Origin: a virus
Taxonomy: Duplodnaviria > Caudoviricetes
Strand: one strand, 5' to 3'
DNA: 64,000 nt
IMG/VR virus record: IMGVR_UViG_3300033121_002193
Location: 1 to 64,000 of that record
Position 1 is the first letter of the stretch. Each line of letters begins with the position of its first letter. Under the pieces are notes generated by a model. The model searched no databases and had not been told where the DNA came from. It was given only the letters and a program-made list of their open reading frames with translations. The translations under genes were made by a program, and so were the position numbers. Positions 1 to 9,452 of the stretch are shown in pieces.

Positions 1-33
1 AAATATTAAATTGATAATATTAATCTTTTTTTC

Positions 34-627
34 ATGAATTATGCAAAAAACATTCTTATAGCAATGTTGTTAATTATCATTTCCTGCAATCCAGAAAAAG
101 TCAAATATATTATGTATAGCGCAAACTCAGAAGAACATCAAAATGTTATTTCGTATTCGTTTGAATTTTTTAATTCTATTATAGGTTGTGAAGCGGCTGA
201 AATTGTTTTTAATGCTAATGACAATTTTTTGTTTAAAGAAAACAATTTTATTTCAGAAATTGCATTTACAAAAAAATGGGAAATTTGTAATTCAAATACT
301 CCATTTTTTTCTGTTGGATGTATAATTGGATTAGATAAAGATATTGTAATGTTAACAGAAAACACATTTGAAAAATCGAGAAAATGTGAATTAATTTACA
401 ATAAAATTTTAAAAAACTATTTTTATGATTGTGATTATAGAATTATTGGAATTTTACACGAATTGGGTCATTCTTTTGGATTGTCTCATATTAAGAATAA
501 AGATGATATTATGAATGAAATAGGGCCATCTTATGTTTCAATAGAATTATTTGACAATTTTAGAGATGAACTCATAAAAAACACAAATATATGTAAAACG
601 TTTTTTAAAAATCAGATGAATTATTGA
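34..627 (+). CDS. Matrixin/metzincin-like Zn metalloprotease, predicted lipoprotein
   Basis: HELGHSFGLSH (HExxHxxGxxH) followed by a Met-turn (DIM); N-terminal signal with lipobox-like IISC. Confidence 0.75.
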   Translation: MNYAKNILIAMLLIIISCNPEKVKYIMYSANSEEHQNVISYSFEFFNSIIGCEAAEIVFNANDNFLFKENNFISEIAFTKKWEICNSNTPFFSVGCIIGLDKDIVMLTENTFEKSRKCELIYNKILKNYFYDCDYRIIGILHELGHSFGLSHIKNKDDIMNEIGPSYVSIELFDNFRDELIKNTNICKTFFKNQMNY

Positions 628-687
628 CAATTTGATAGTACTTGCTATTATCTGTTTTATTGCGATATTTTTTTTGGAGATAAAAAA

Positions 688-1253
688 ATGAAAAAAATAA
701 TTTTGTTTGTTTTTTTTCTTATTAAATGCAATTTAGACAATCCAGCAACGTTTATTTATTACGATACAGGAAATGAAAACCATAAACAATTACTAAAAAA
801 CAGTTTTAAAAAAAATAATAATTTTAGTTAGATGCAAAACAATTACCCTTGAAATATCAAACGAGAAAAAAAGATTTTGAATTAAATAATGGAATAACTG
901 AGATTAAATTTGTTGATCAAGAAAAATTATAATCTACAATGATTGAATTAAAAATAGATATTATATACACTGATATTGCAGGATTTTCTGCATTAAAAGA
1001 CAGAGATATTCTTTTTTTAGAAAATAACGCTTTTGAATATTGCATGTATAAAGAATTTGACAAATTAAAATATAATAGATTAGATGTTGTGATTTTTCAT
1101 GAACTAGGGCATGCTTTTGGATTAAGTCATGTTAATGACAATACAGATGTTATGTTTGCATCATGCTTAGCTTCTATTGATCAATTAAATTTTAAGTCTT
1201 TTGCAGATGATTTGCATAAAAAAACAAGAATGTGTAAGGTGACATATGAGTAA
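688..1253 (+). pseudogene. Disrupted paralog of the upstream metalloprotease lipoprotein
   Basis: GGAGA RBS and ATG at 688 (MKKIILFVFFLIKC) ending at TAG 829-831; continuation needs frame changes at poly-A tracts (808-815, ~866-872) and passes an in-frame TAA; C-terminal ORF 939-1253 keeps HELGHAFGLSH...DVM. Confidence 0.65.
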
Positions 1254-2067
1254 AAATGTTGTTGCCTATTTAAGAGTAAGTTCAGAAGGACAAAGTGAAG
1301 ACGGATTTAGCTTAGAAAATCAAATACAAAAAATAAAAATATATGCAATTAACAACAATTTAACATTAAAAAGCAATAATATTTTCATAGATGTTGATAG
1401 TGGTTCTAATCCAAATAGAACAAAATATTTGCAAATGAAAGAGGCTGTTTTAAATGCAGATAATCAAATAGAGGCTGTTTTAGTATATGCAATCGATCGA
1501 TGGACAAGAACCGCAGTCGATGGACTGATGCTGTTTAAAGAATTTGCACAAAAAAACATATCTCTAATTTCTGTATCTGAATTTTTTGACACAAATACAG
1601 CAACAGGAAAACTCTATTGTGGTTTGTTACATCTTTTAGCAGAATTTAATAAAGATGTTTTGATAGATAAATTAACCACAGGAAAAAAACAAATGATAAA
1701 ACAAACTGGCAAATGGGCCGGTGGAATTTCCCCTTATGGGTATAGACCTCTAGGAAAAAGAAAAAAAAGAAATGAAGAAGCTATTTTAAATGGACGCGGA
1801 CAATTGTTAGAAAACAATGAAGAAACAAAAATAGTTCAGTATATTTATTATTTAAAAGATGAAAAAAAAATGAGCTATGGTAAAATTTGTGAAGAATTAA
1901 CCGCACAAAATTACTACAATAGAGTCGGAAAAAACTTTAACAAAGCTACAGTATACAGGATTTTGCAAAGACGAGATTTTTATTTAGGTCAATCTCATAT
2001 AAATTCATCAATCGAATTAGATGATAGTATAAAACCTCAACAACCGAGTATTTTGAATGTTAAATGA
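1246..2067 (+). CDS. Serine recombinase (resolvase catalytic domain + recombinase DNA-binding domain)
   Basis: VAYLRVSS...Q...SLENQ catalytic motif, D-SGS...R, DRWTR, then PYGY and a recombinase-type domain; no C-terminal Zn ribbon/coiled coil. Confidence 0.9.
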   Translation: MSKNVVAYLRVSSEGQSEDGFSLENQIQKIKIYAINNNLTLKSNNIFIDVDSGSNPNRTKYLQMKEAVLNADNQIEAVLVYAIDRWTRTAVDGLMLFKEFAQKNISLISVSEFFDTNTATGKLYCGLLHLLAEFNKDVLIDKLTTGKKQMIKQTGKWAGGISPYGYRPLGKRKKRNEEAILNGRGQLLENNEETKIVQYIYYLKDEKKMSYGKICEELTAQNYYNRVGKNFNKATVYRILQRRDFYLGQSHINSSIELDDSIKPQQPSILNVK

Positions 2068-3046
2068 AATTTTTGATATTGTTTTTTTTGATAATGTGGG
2101 AACTACTTTTACAAGCTCTACTCCTTGTTTTGTGGGGTTAGGAGGCTCCGAGTTACAAATAGTTTTGTTGGCAGAATATTTTGCACAAAAAGGTAAAAAA
2201 GTTTTAGTTTTAAACAATAACTCTTTTCCATGTAAAGAAAATAATGTTTTGTATTATCCAAATGAAGTAATAAAACATAAAAAAATCAAATGTAAGAATT
2301 TGATACTTAACAGATGTTCGAGAATAGAAACTAACAATATTGATTTTTCTTCTTTGATTTTTTTACTGCAAGATATCTATAATCAAGAACACGTTGCTTA
2401 TTTTCAATATATACAGTCTCAATATCCAAAAGTTATATTTGTAACAGTTTCTAATTGGCTAAAATCTATTTTGCCACAAAATTTAAATACGATTGTAATT
2501 CATAATTCAATTCCTGAATGGATTTATGAATTTAAACCGAAACAAAAAAATAACAATAAATTTATTTATTGTAGTGCTGCTTTCAAAGGTCTGGAAGAGA
2601 CTATAGAAGCTTGGAAAAAAATAAAACAAAACAATCAATGTAAAAAAATTGAACTTGTTGTTGCTAATCCTGGATACGATTTAGTTGATGTATCTTTATT
2701 GGAAAAAAATAAAATAAAGTTTTTGGGTAATTTATCATTATTCGATTTAGTTGAAGAAATTGCATCGTCTGCTGGGTTATTTTACGTAAATAAAATTCCA
2801 GAAACTTTTTGCATAGTAGCTGCTTTGGCAAATGCAGTAAAAACAAGAACACATATTTTGTGTATTAATAATTTTGGAGCATTACCTGAAATTCTAAACA
2901 ACAATCAATTAATTACAAATAATTACAACAAATTTACAGAAGATTTTTTGAAATATTATACATCAAATAAGTATGATTTTTTAGATGTTTTTTATAGAAG
3001 TAATGAAATTTGTGTGAATTGGGAAAAGATTTTAATTAAACATTAA
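2057..3046 (+). CDS. GT-B (family 4-like) glycosyltransferase
   Basis: GLGGSE N-terminal motif, KGLE, PETFCI acceptor/donor-site motif. Confidence 0.7.
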   Translation: MLNEIFDIVFFDNVGTTFTSSTPCFVGLGGSELQIVLLAEYFAQKGKKVLVLNNNSFPCKENNVLYYPNEVIKHKKIKCKNLILNRCSRIETNNIDFSSLIFLLQDIYNQEHVAYFQYIQSQYPKVIFVTVSNWLKSILPQNLNTIVIHNSIPEWIYEFKPKQKNNNKFIYCSAAFKGLEETIEAWKKIKQNNQCKKIELVVANPGYDLVDVSLLEKNKIKFLGNLSLFDLVEEIASSAGLFYVNKIPETFCIVAALANAVKTRTHILCINNFGALPEILNNNQLITNNYNKFTEDFLKYYTSNKYDFLDVFYRSNEICVNWEKILIKH

Positions 3047-3390
3047 AACCAAAAAATTAAAGCAGCGCATACATCATTTATATTTCCAGCTGTTAATGCT
3101 ATTCCAACGGCAGAATCTGTTAATCCTTTTTTCTTAAAATTTCCATTTGTACTTGATGTTAAAATGTCTTTTGCTGCAATATTTTCTGTAATTTTTACAA
3201 TCACTGGACCAGTTCCTAAAAGAATAGCATCAGAAAGAGTCGAGTCAGAAATGTAATTATTGGCATATCCGTGTATTTGTTCGCTTGCAATTGGCAAATC
3301 TACTTCCCAGTTATCTCCGTTTGAATTTCCTGTAAAAATAAAACCACATCCAGGATCAATTGTAACACCAGTTTTTGCATAAAATTGCAT
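3043..3390 (-). CDS. Small virion-associated protein (DUF2190/cement-like)
   Basis: GPVIVKITENIAAKDILTSSTNG...VGIALTAG pattern; last gene of the structural strand. Confidence 0.4.
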   Translation of the reverse strand: MQFYAKTGVTIDPGCGFIFTGNSNGDNWEVDLPIASEQIHGYANNYISDSTLSDAILLGTGPVIVKITENIAAKDILTSSTNGNFKKKGLTDSAVGIALTAGNINDVCAALIFWF

Positions 3391-4437
3391 TTTAAAAATC
3401 CTTTCAATAAGTTAAAACAACAACGATGCCTGCTGCTCCATTGCCTCCAGCTCCGCTGTTAAACCCAGATAATGAAGCACCTCCACCAGCACCACCGCCA
3501 CCATACAAACCCCCATTGCCGCCAGATCCGCCAGCCTGTGTGTCTCCAGATGCACCGCCACCGCCGCCAGCACCAGACTGATACCCTCCAGTTGTTCCGC
3601 CATTCCCTCCAGACGCTCCAGCTAAAGCGCCACCTACTCCAGCAGAAACAAGAATGGCGCCAGGACTACCACCTGTTGCACCATTTCTAAAACCAGTGTT
3701 TTGAGTGCCTCCGCCACCACCACCAGAACCAGGAGCCATTGTGCTAAATCCTACGGGGGTAGCGTTATTTACAGAGCCATTTCCTCCGGCAATTGCAAGA
3801 AATTGACCTCTTGTATTAAAATTTCCTCCAGTTCCGGCGGCAGGAGTACCTCCATTTCCGCCGGAGCCTCCATATGCCAACACAAAAGAACCAAAACTTG
3901 AATTTCCGCCAGCTGCACCATTGTTTCCATTTGTATTATCAGTAGTTATTGCCAATCCTCCAGCGCCTCCGTTTCCGACAGAAACAGATACAGAAGCTGG
4001 CATTGCGCTGAATAAAAATACGGCTTCTGAAAAATTTCCACCGGCTCCGCCGCCACCACCACATGCGGTTGCAGTTCTTCTGCCAGAACCACCACCGCCG
4101 CCACCACCTATACAAATAACTTTTACAAAAATTCCATAATTTGGCCTTGTCCATGTTCCATTAGCATTAAAAACCTGAACATTTGATACGCCACTAAATT
4201 CTAGTAGATTTAATGTAGCACCGCCGGCTAAAACAGCAGAATTATTTAAAAATCTTTTGTATGTTGTTCCGTCGCATTGTAAACTATTTGCAGGACCCGT
4301 GAATGTACCTGAAATATCGCAATTGACAAATCCTGCAGGCTTGATGTCGGTACTTGCACTTGTAAGAGTTAAACCAGCAGCATAAGTGCTAGTATTGCTT
4401 ACACTATGTCTTTCAAGTGTTGCTAATCCATCAAATT

Positions 4438-4469
4438 GACAATTCCGGTATTATGTAGCAGCTGCACCT
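4438..4469. repeat. Left TSD (GACAATTC) + left TIR of R-M cassette
   Basis: Read directly; partner at 6801-6832. Confidence 0.95.
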
Positions 4470-6012
4470 AGTAAAGGCTCAACTGTGTCGCAACCTTTTC
4501 CATGCCTGTGGTGGTATATCGGGCATAGATCTCATCACACTTTAAAAAACAAGCGAGCTTTGCCAATGAGAGGCGCTTAAGGATGTCGATTGTGATTGGC
4601 CGTTTATCATTCCAAAATATCATTGATTTCAGAAAGGCATGAGCTTCGGCCGAGTTCAGCAGCTCACAAATAAACTCTGCCTCATCCTGCGACTTACAAG
4701 ACAGGAAATAGATCGTATCATCAAAAACCACAGGCTGAGCGTTGATCGGGCCAACGGTGAAGAATTTAAGCCGCTTGTAGAATGCTGAAATAGCTACCTT
4801 CCAAAATGAGAAACTGTAATGGCCTACCCCAAAAATTGAAAATGGCGGACGATTCTTGTAGATGGAGCTTTTGCGGGCAGCGAAGGAGGACTCGTGCTCT
4901 TGCAGGTAAGCCCATGTCTTCGGTGCGGTGCGCCGAATCATGGCCGTATCCTCATTTACATAACTTTGGGTCACGATAATCTTCTTGCGACACTCTTTTA
5001 CCTTACCATTGCCGAGGTCGGAGCTTTTCAGCAGCGGATAAGTGTATTTCTGTTCAATATTCACTTGTCGGCCTAGGCCGTTCGTCAACGTGTTGCCGTT
5101 CCAATCCAGTTCCATTACCCGGCTGCAATCGTGTTTGATTCCCGACCGCCAAACATAAGAAGCGTCTGAACCCTTGAGATTGGCAAACTCCGAGTAGGCG
5201 TCTATATCCGATAGAATCATATTGTCTTTATACCCAATATGCCCACAGATTTTCGGGGTTGTTAGGCCATCATAAACGTAGCATTCAAAGCTTCTTTTTG
5301 TACCAACTTGTACGACGAACAGACACGCATCAACCGAAGCGCCGAAGTGAGCAGGCGCGTCAATCATGTAGATGGCCGCAAATTCTATCGGTTTGCTTTG
5401 CTTCCATGCTTGAAGCAGAATTTTTCGGGCAACGGCTGTTTTGCAGAGAATCCCTATCGTACCTTGTTTGTCTTTCAGCCATTCCAGGTATTGGAGCACC
5501 ATCCACTCGGAAATATCGAAGTTCGCCTTGCCGGTGATTGCATCAAGACCACTTCTTGCTTGGAAGTTCGCTTTCATGGGCAGGTTGGTTGCTTCCCATG
5601 CACCAAGGCTTGAATTTGTCACCCAAGGCGGATTGCCTGTTATCAGGATAGGTTCAGGAAGCGAAGCTACTAGCTTGCGCCAATTGACCGCAAAAAAATC
5701 GGCGTTCAATATTTGAACGTCTGTGCGTCTATCCAAATCTTTCAAGGATTGATTAAGCTCGTCATAATAGCGGGCGTTGATCTCAACACCGAGATATTTG
5801 GAAGTTGCAGGCAAGCCATGGATTGCCGCCAGCAAAAAAGTACCTTTTCCACAAGTAGGTTCAATGACGCTGGCCGGAGCGAGAGATAAGGATCGTTTAA
5901 GACAACTGATGGCTTCAGCCGCCAAGTGATGAGGTGTTTGGAAATCGCCAAAAATCTTGGTTCTGGCGATATCCGTGATTTCCGGCGTCTCAACGCACTT
6001 TATAGATACCAT
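4468..6012 (-). CDS. N6-adenine DNA methyltransferase (gamma-type; resembles NspV-like modification methylases)
   Basis: GDFQTP, IEPTCGKGTF (motif I), GNPPW (motif IV); stop codon overlaps the left TIR. Confidence 0.85.
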   Translation of the reverse strand: MVSIKCVETPEITDIARTKIFGDFQTPHHLAAEAISCLKRSLSLAPASVIEPTCGKGTFLLAAIHGLPATSKYLGVEINARYYDELNQSLKDLDRRTDVQILNADFFAVNWRKLVASLPEPILITGNPPWVTNSSLGAWEATNLPMKANFQARSGLDAITGKANFDISEWMVLQYLEWLKDKQGTIGILCKTAVARKILLQAWKQSKPIEFAAIYMIDAPAHFGASVDACLFVVQVGTKRSFECYVYDGLTTPKICGHIGYKDNMILSDIDAYSEFANLKGSDASYVWRSGIKHDCSRVMELDWNGNTLTNGLGRQVNIEQKYTYPLLKSSDLGNGKVKECRKKIIVTQSYVNEDTAMIRRTAPKTWAYLQEHESSFAARKSSIYKNRPPFSIFGVGHYSFSFWKVAISAFYKRLKFFTVGPINAQPVVFDDTIYFLSCKSQDEAEFICELLNSAEAHAFLKSMIFWNDKRPITIDILKRLSLAKLACFLKCDEIYARYTTTGMEKVATQLSLY

Positions 6013-6643
6013 CTACTTCACCAGCCTTCTGGATCACGCGGCTATATTGCAGTCGCCATTGCAGCGCATTCGAAATAGTAAGGTAACCTTGTAGCGGAGG
6101 AGCCTGCAAGACAGTCTCAGCAATGCTCCTAGCTTCAATTTCATCGACCGGCAGATTCTTGTCCCAAATAAAAGCCAACAGGTCATCCAAGTTGCCGTCA
6201 CGACTAAGAAGCTCTAAAATGCCTCTGGTCGTTTGATAGTCGGCAGTACGATCCTTTCGTACAAAAATGGTATGCAGCATTTTAAGCCTTCCAGTATGTT
6301 GCTTAGTGTCGTCGAATTTATCATAAACAAAAACCAGCAGATTATAGCCAAGTCCATAAATTTTCTGGCGAGCTGATCTGAAGGGACATGAAGATTGAGG
6401 TTGCTTAATGCTTGTCACCTTCAAATCGATTTCGAGACCGGGGAAATCAATCCCCGATGCTGAGTTTCCCGCCTCATACTGATATTTTCCGGCTAAATAG
6501 GCCTTGAACTTGTGCTCCAAATAGGTACCTATAGCCTTGCCATCCGTTATTCCGTACAAGGAAGGTTCGTCATATTTGCTCTCTATCTCAGCAAACTGAG
6601 CAGCTTCTTGTAGTAGGGTGTCCACGGTAAGCAGCAAATTCAA
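5990..6643 (-). CDS. Type II restriction endonuclease (PD-(D/E)xK; NspV-like by recollection)
   Basis: E...GIDFP..EIDLK catalytic pattern; AGAGGA RBS 7 nt before TTG start; overlaps MTase gene. Confidence 0.75.
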   Translation of the reverse strand: MNLLLTVDTLLQEAAQFAEIESKYDEPSLYGITDGKAIGTYLEHKFKAYLAGKYQYEAGNSASGIDFPGLEIDLKVTSIKQPQSSCPFRSARQKIYGLGYNLLVFVYDKFDDTKQHTGRLKMLHTIFVRKDRTADYQTTRGILELLSRDGNLDDLLAFIWDKNLPVDEIEARSIAETVLQAPPLQGYLTISNALQWRLQYSRVIQKAGEVDGIYKVR

Positions 6644-6800
6644 ATTCTTATCCTCTATGTGTAGGGCAATAAATATATATTATTTAAAACATGGACCTTT
6701 TTGATGGAAATCCATTAGTTTTCCCAAGAAAGCACAGCAATGTCGAATATCATAAAAAATCTATACGCTCCATATGATGGATTTTTAAACAAAGATTCTC

Positions 6801-6832
6801 AGGTGCGGCTGCTACATAATACCGGACAATTC
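6801..6832. repeat. Right TIR + right TSD (GACAATTC) of R-M cassette
   Basis: Read directly; inverted match to 4446-4469. Confidence 0.95.
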
Positions 6833-7833
6833 ATTGCTTGCTGTAATCTGAGTTGAGTTCCAGAAATTGCACTTTTAAATCTTGCTCTGTGTGCGTAAAG
6901 CATTGTCACTCCAGTAGGAGCGCCAACACCAGAGACACTAAAGCAAGTACCTGTTGCTGAAAAATCTTCAATTACACAAGACAAATAAACTTCTTTAGTT
7001 GTTCCACCAACAACAGAATCTACTACATTTATAATCCCGCTAATTCTAGGAACTGTATTGTATCCAATATGAGTAGTAGAACCTTCTGCCGGTATTCCTA
7101 ATGTTCCAATTCTTAAAGAATGTCTAATGCTGTCAATGTTGCCAGCTGTAATTGTCCAAGTAATATTTCGTGCATTTGTTGGTGCATAATTTGCGGTTCC
7201 TGGAGCGTATGCGCCTAAATTAAATGGCCCTCCGTTGCCCATTAAAGCAATATGCATAGAAGTTCCATCAAAAGAAATATCTTCATCATAACTTCCTGGA
7301 CTAATTAAAATGCACCACTCATATCTTACTCCGGTTGTTGTTAATGGCGTAGCTGTTCTGGCTGCCGAAATTGCAGCAGAAATTGTAACATATGGGTCTG
7401 CAATTGTTCCAGTTGGTGCAACCGCCGTTGAGTTTAAATCAACGTATAAAATTCTTGTTAATGGTGAAATTGCGGTAGAAGCTACATCTGGTTGCCACTG
7501 AGTACCATTATATTTTAATATTTGCCCAGCAAGTGGAGGCGTTGCCGAAACATTTACACCTTGTATTTTTGCTGCATCTGTACCTGAAGGTATTCTATTT
7601 ATATTAAAAACGCCAGATGATATTTTGCTAGCATCTAAATTTGGGATTGCCGCCGAAGTTAATCCGCCTACTGTCATAGCTCCACCAGAAACAATGGCGA
7701 CCTGATCATTTATTAGACCAGCGCTAACATCTTGACCAAATCCTCCATTTTCTTTAGGTACATTATTTACTGCAATTACACTACCAGAATTATAAGTTAA
7801 AATTTTTGCCATTTTTCACCTTACAAAAAAAAA

Positions 7834-8361
7834 TTACAAAATAACGGGAACTTGAGGCTGCCAAATACAAGGAAGTGCAGACCCAGTCATAGGATTGTAA
7901 CTTGATACGTCTAAAACTCTGCCAAGAATATAACTAATGTGTGTAGCTATGGTAGGCGCAACATTAGATACTTTTCCGCTCATATCATCAGACAAATACA
8001 CAAAATTTCCAGCACTTATAGTTAAACCAGGTACAAATAACAAATTAATCAATCCTGCTATAGAAATTGTACCAGAAACTCCTTGATATGCGCCTATAGC
8101 AGCAGATTGATTAAAAGTAGTTGCATTTGCTAAGTCTAGTGTATTATTTCCAATAATATAAGCTACCTGTCCAACTTGTGGATTTTCCCATAAAGTCAAT
8201 CCTGATATTTCAAGATCAAAACTAGCACTTGTTGTTAATGTTGTGGGAGTCCATTCTTTTGTTGCGTCAATAAATTTCAAAAATTGACCATCTTTTGGGT
8301 ATAAAGAGCTTACATCAAAACTTTGAATTTTTACAGCATTTCCGGCGTTATAATAAGACAT
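7834..8361 (-). CDS. Tail fibre-associated virion protein
   Basis: N-terminal KIQSFDVSS..PKDGQFLKF...EWTP segment parallels KIQGVNVS..PLAGQILKY...QWQP in the adjacent fibre; in structural module. Confidence 0.55.
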   Translation of the reverse strand: MSYYNAGNAVKIQSFDVSSLYPKDGQFLKFIDATKEWTPTTLTTSASFDLEISGLTLWENPQVGQVAYIIGNNTLDLANATTFNQSAAIGAYQGVSGTISIAGLINLLFVPGLTISAGNFVYLSDDMSGKVSNVAPTIATHISYILGRVLDVSSYNPMTGSALPCIWQPQVPVIL

Positions 8362-8367
8362 GCCATT

Positions 8368-8375
8368 AGATTAAG
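8368..8375 (-). promoter_or_regulatory. Putative late-promoter motif CTTAATCT
   Basis: One of 8 exact copies, each directly upstream of a minus-strand gene in the structural module. Confidence 0.65.
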
Positions 8376-8380
8376 TTTAT

Positions 8381-8409
8381 TTGACATAAATTGATTTTTT
8401 TTGTATACT
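8381..8409 (+). promoter_or_regulatory. Sigma70-type promoter
   Basis: TTGACA (8381-8386), 17-bp spacer, TATACT (8404-8409), upstream of ATG 8424. Confidence 0.75.
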
Positions 8410-8423
8410 TTTTTTTAAAACAA

Positions 8424-9452
8424 ATGATTTCAATAGATTTAATAAAAAAAGACGCATTAGATATTTGCATAAAAACTGAAATTTTTTCAATAGAAGAAAT
8501 TTCATGGATTACTTCTATTTTGTATAGATTAGATGGGAAAAATGGATTAGAACAATTAAAACCATTAATATTAGCATGCGAAAAATTTAATTTAGAAAAA
8601 AATAAATTAACCCCTTTTCAACAATATGTAATGATTTTAGAAATTCAGCATTGTTTATATGCAACAAAATCTTTGTACTCTAGACAGAAATCAATTTTAA
8701 TAGGAGTTCCACAAAGAAAAAAACATTATAAATATAGCGTTCCTAATTTATATGGCTTTGCAAATCCACAAGGAATAAAAGTAACAATTGATACTTGTTA
8801 TGGTTTGGGATATTGTGAAAGCAGAAATTACTTTGTTGAAAAAGCATTGCAAAAAAACACAGATTATACTCATATTTTTTTTATAGATGATGATATTTTA
8901 ATTCCTCAAAATGCATTATCTATAATGCTTAATTCTTGTGAGCCTATTGTTTCCGCAAATTATATGAAAAGAAGCGAATTGTATGAATCTGTTTGCACTT
9001 CTATAGAACCAGATGAACAGCTTATTTTTGGACATAAAGAAGTTAAGGCCAAAAAAGATGATTTTTCTTTAGTGTCAGTAAATGCAATGGGTTTAGGTTG
9101 TACACTAATAGATTTAAATGTTTTTAAAAAATTAGAACCTCCATATTTTCAGTTTATATATGATAATTTAGAAAACAACCAAAAGGGGAATTTGATTTTA
9201 GGTGAAGATACTTATTTTGTACATAAATCAATTGCAAATGGATTTACACCAAAAGTGATAGTTGGTTTAATACCTATTCATACCAATTTAAAAAATGGAA
9301 AAATGTATGCTCCAGATTGGGTTATTGATAAAGAAACAAATAAAATAAAAAATGAATATATTGATAAATATTGTCAATTTGCGTGTAATCCCAAAGAGTT
9401 ATATTCTGAAGATATAGACACTGTATTTAAACAACCAACGAGGTTAATGTAA
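8424..9452 (+). CDS. GT-A (family 2-like) glycosyltransferase
   Basis: SRN..VE.AL, HIFFIDDDI (DxD), GLGCTLID, GEDTYF; ATG 8424 preferred to TTG 8391, which lies inside the promoter. Confidence 0.75.
   Translation: MISIDLIKKDALDICIKTEIFSIEEISWITSILYRLDGKNGLEQLKPLILACEKFNLEKNKLTPFQQYVMILEIQHCLYATKSLYSRQKSILIGVPQRKKHYKYSVPNLYGFANPQGIKVTIDTCYGLGYCESRNYFVEKALQKNTDYTHIFFIDDDILIPQNALSIMLNSCEPIVSANYMKRSELYESVCTSIEPDEQLIFGHKEVKAKKDDFSLVSVNAMGLGCTLIDLNVFKKLEPPYFQFIYDNLENNQKGNLILGEDTYFVHKSIANGFTPKVIVGLIPIHTNLKNGKMYAPDWVIDKETNKIKNEYIDKYCQFACNPKELYSEDIDTVFKQPTRLM

Larger units (their letters stand above)
4446..6824. mobile_element. Non-autonomous IS1595-family (ISNha5-like ends) mobile cassette carrying a Type II R-M system
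   Basis: TIRs CGGTATTATGTAGCAGCTGCACCT (4446-4469) and AGGTGCGGCTGCTACATAATACCG (6801-6824), 23/24 match; 8-bp direct repeat GACAATTC at 4438-4445 and 6825-6832; higher GC than flanks; no transposase inside. Confidence 0.92.
3404..7812 (-). pseudogene. Tail fibre protein with C-terminal glycine-rich domain (673 aa when intact), interrupted by the R-M cassette
   Basis: Removing 4446-6824 plus one TSD copy joins codon 329 (...QQAMNC) in frame to QFDGLATLERH...GTWTRP...VICIGGGGGGGSG...MPASVSVSVGNGG to the stop at 3404; open throughout. Confidence 0.9.

Noticed and set aside
3412-4154. Short overlapping ORFs rich in His/Pro/Trp
   Set aside because: Shadow frames of the glycine-rich fibre domain; the same applies to most antisense ORFs over structural and R-M genes
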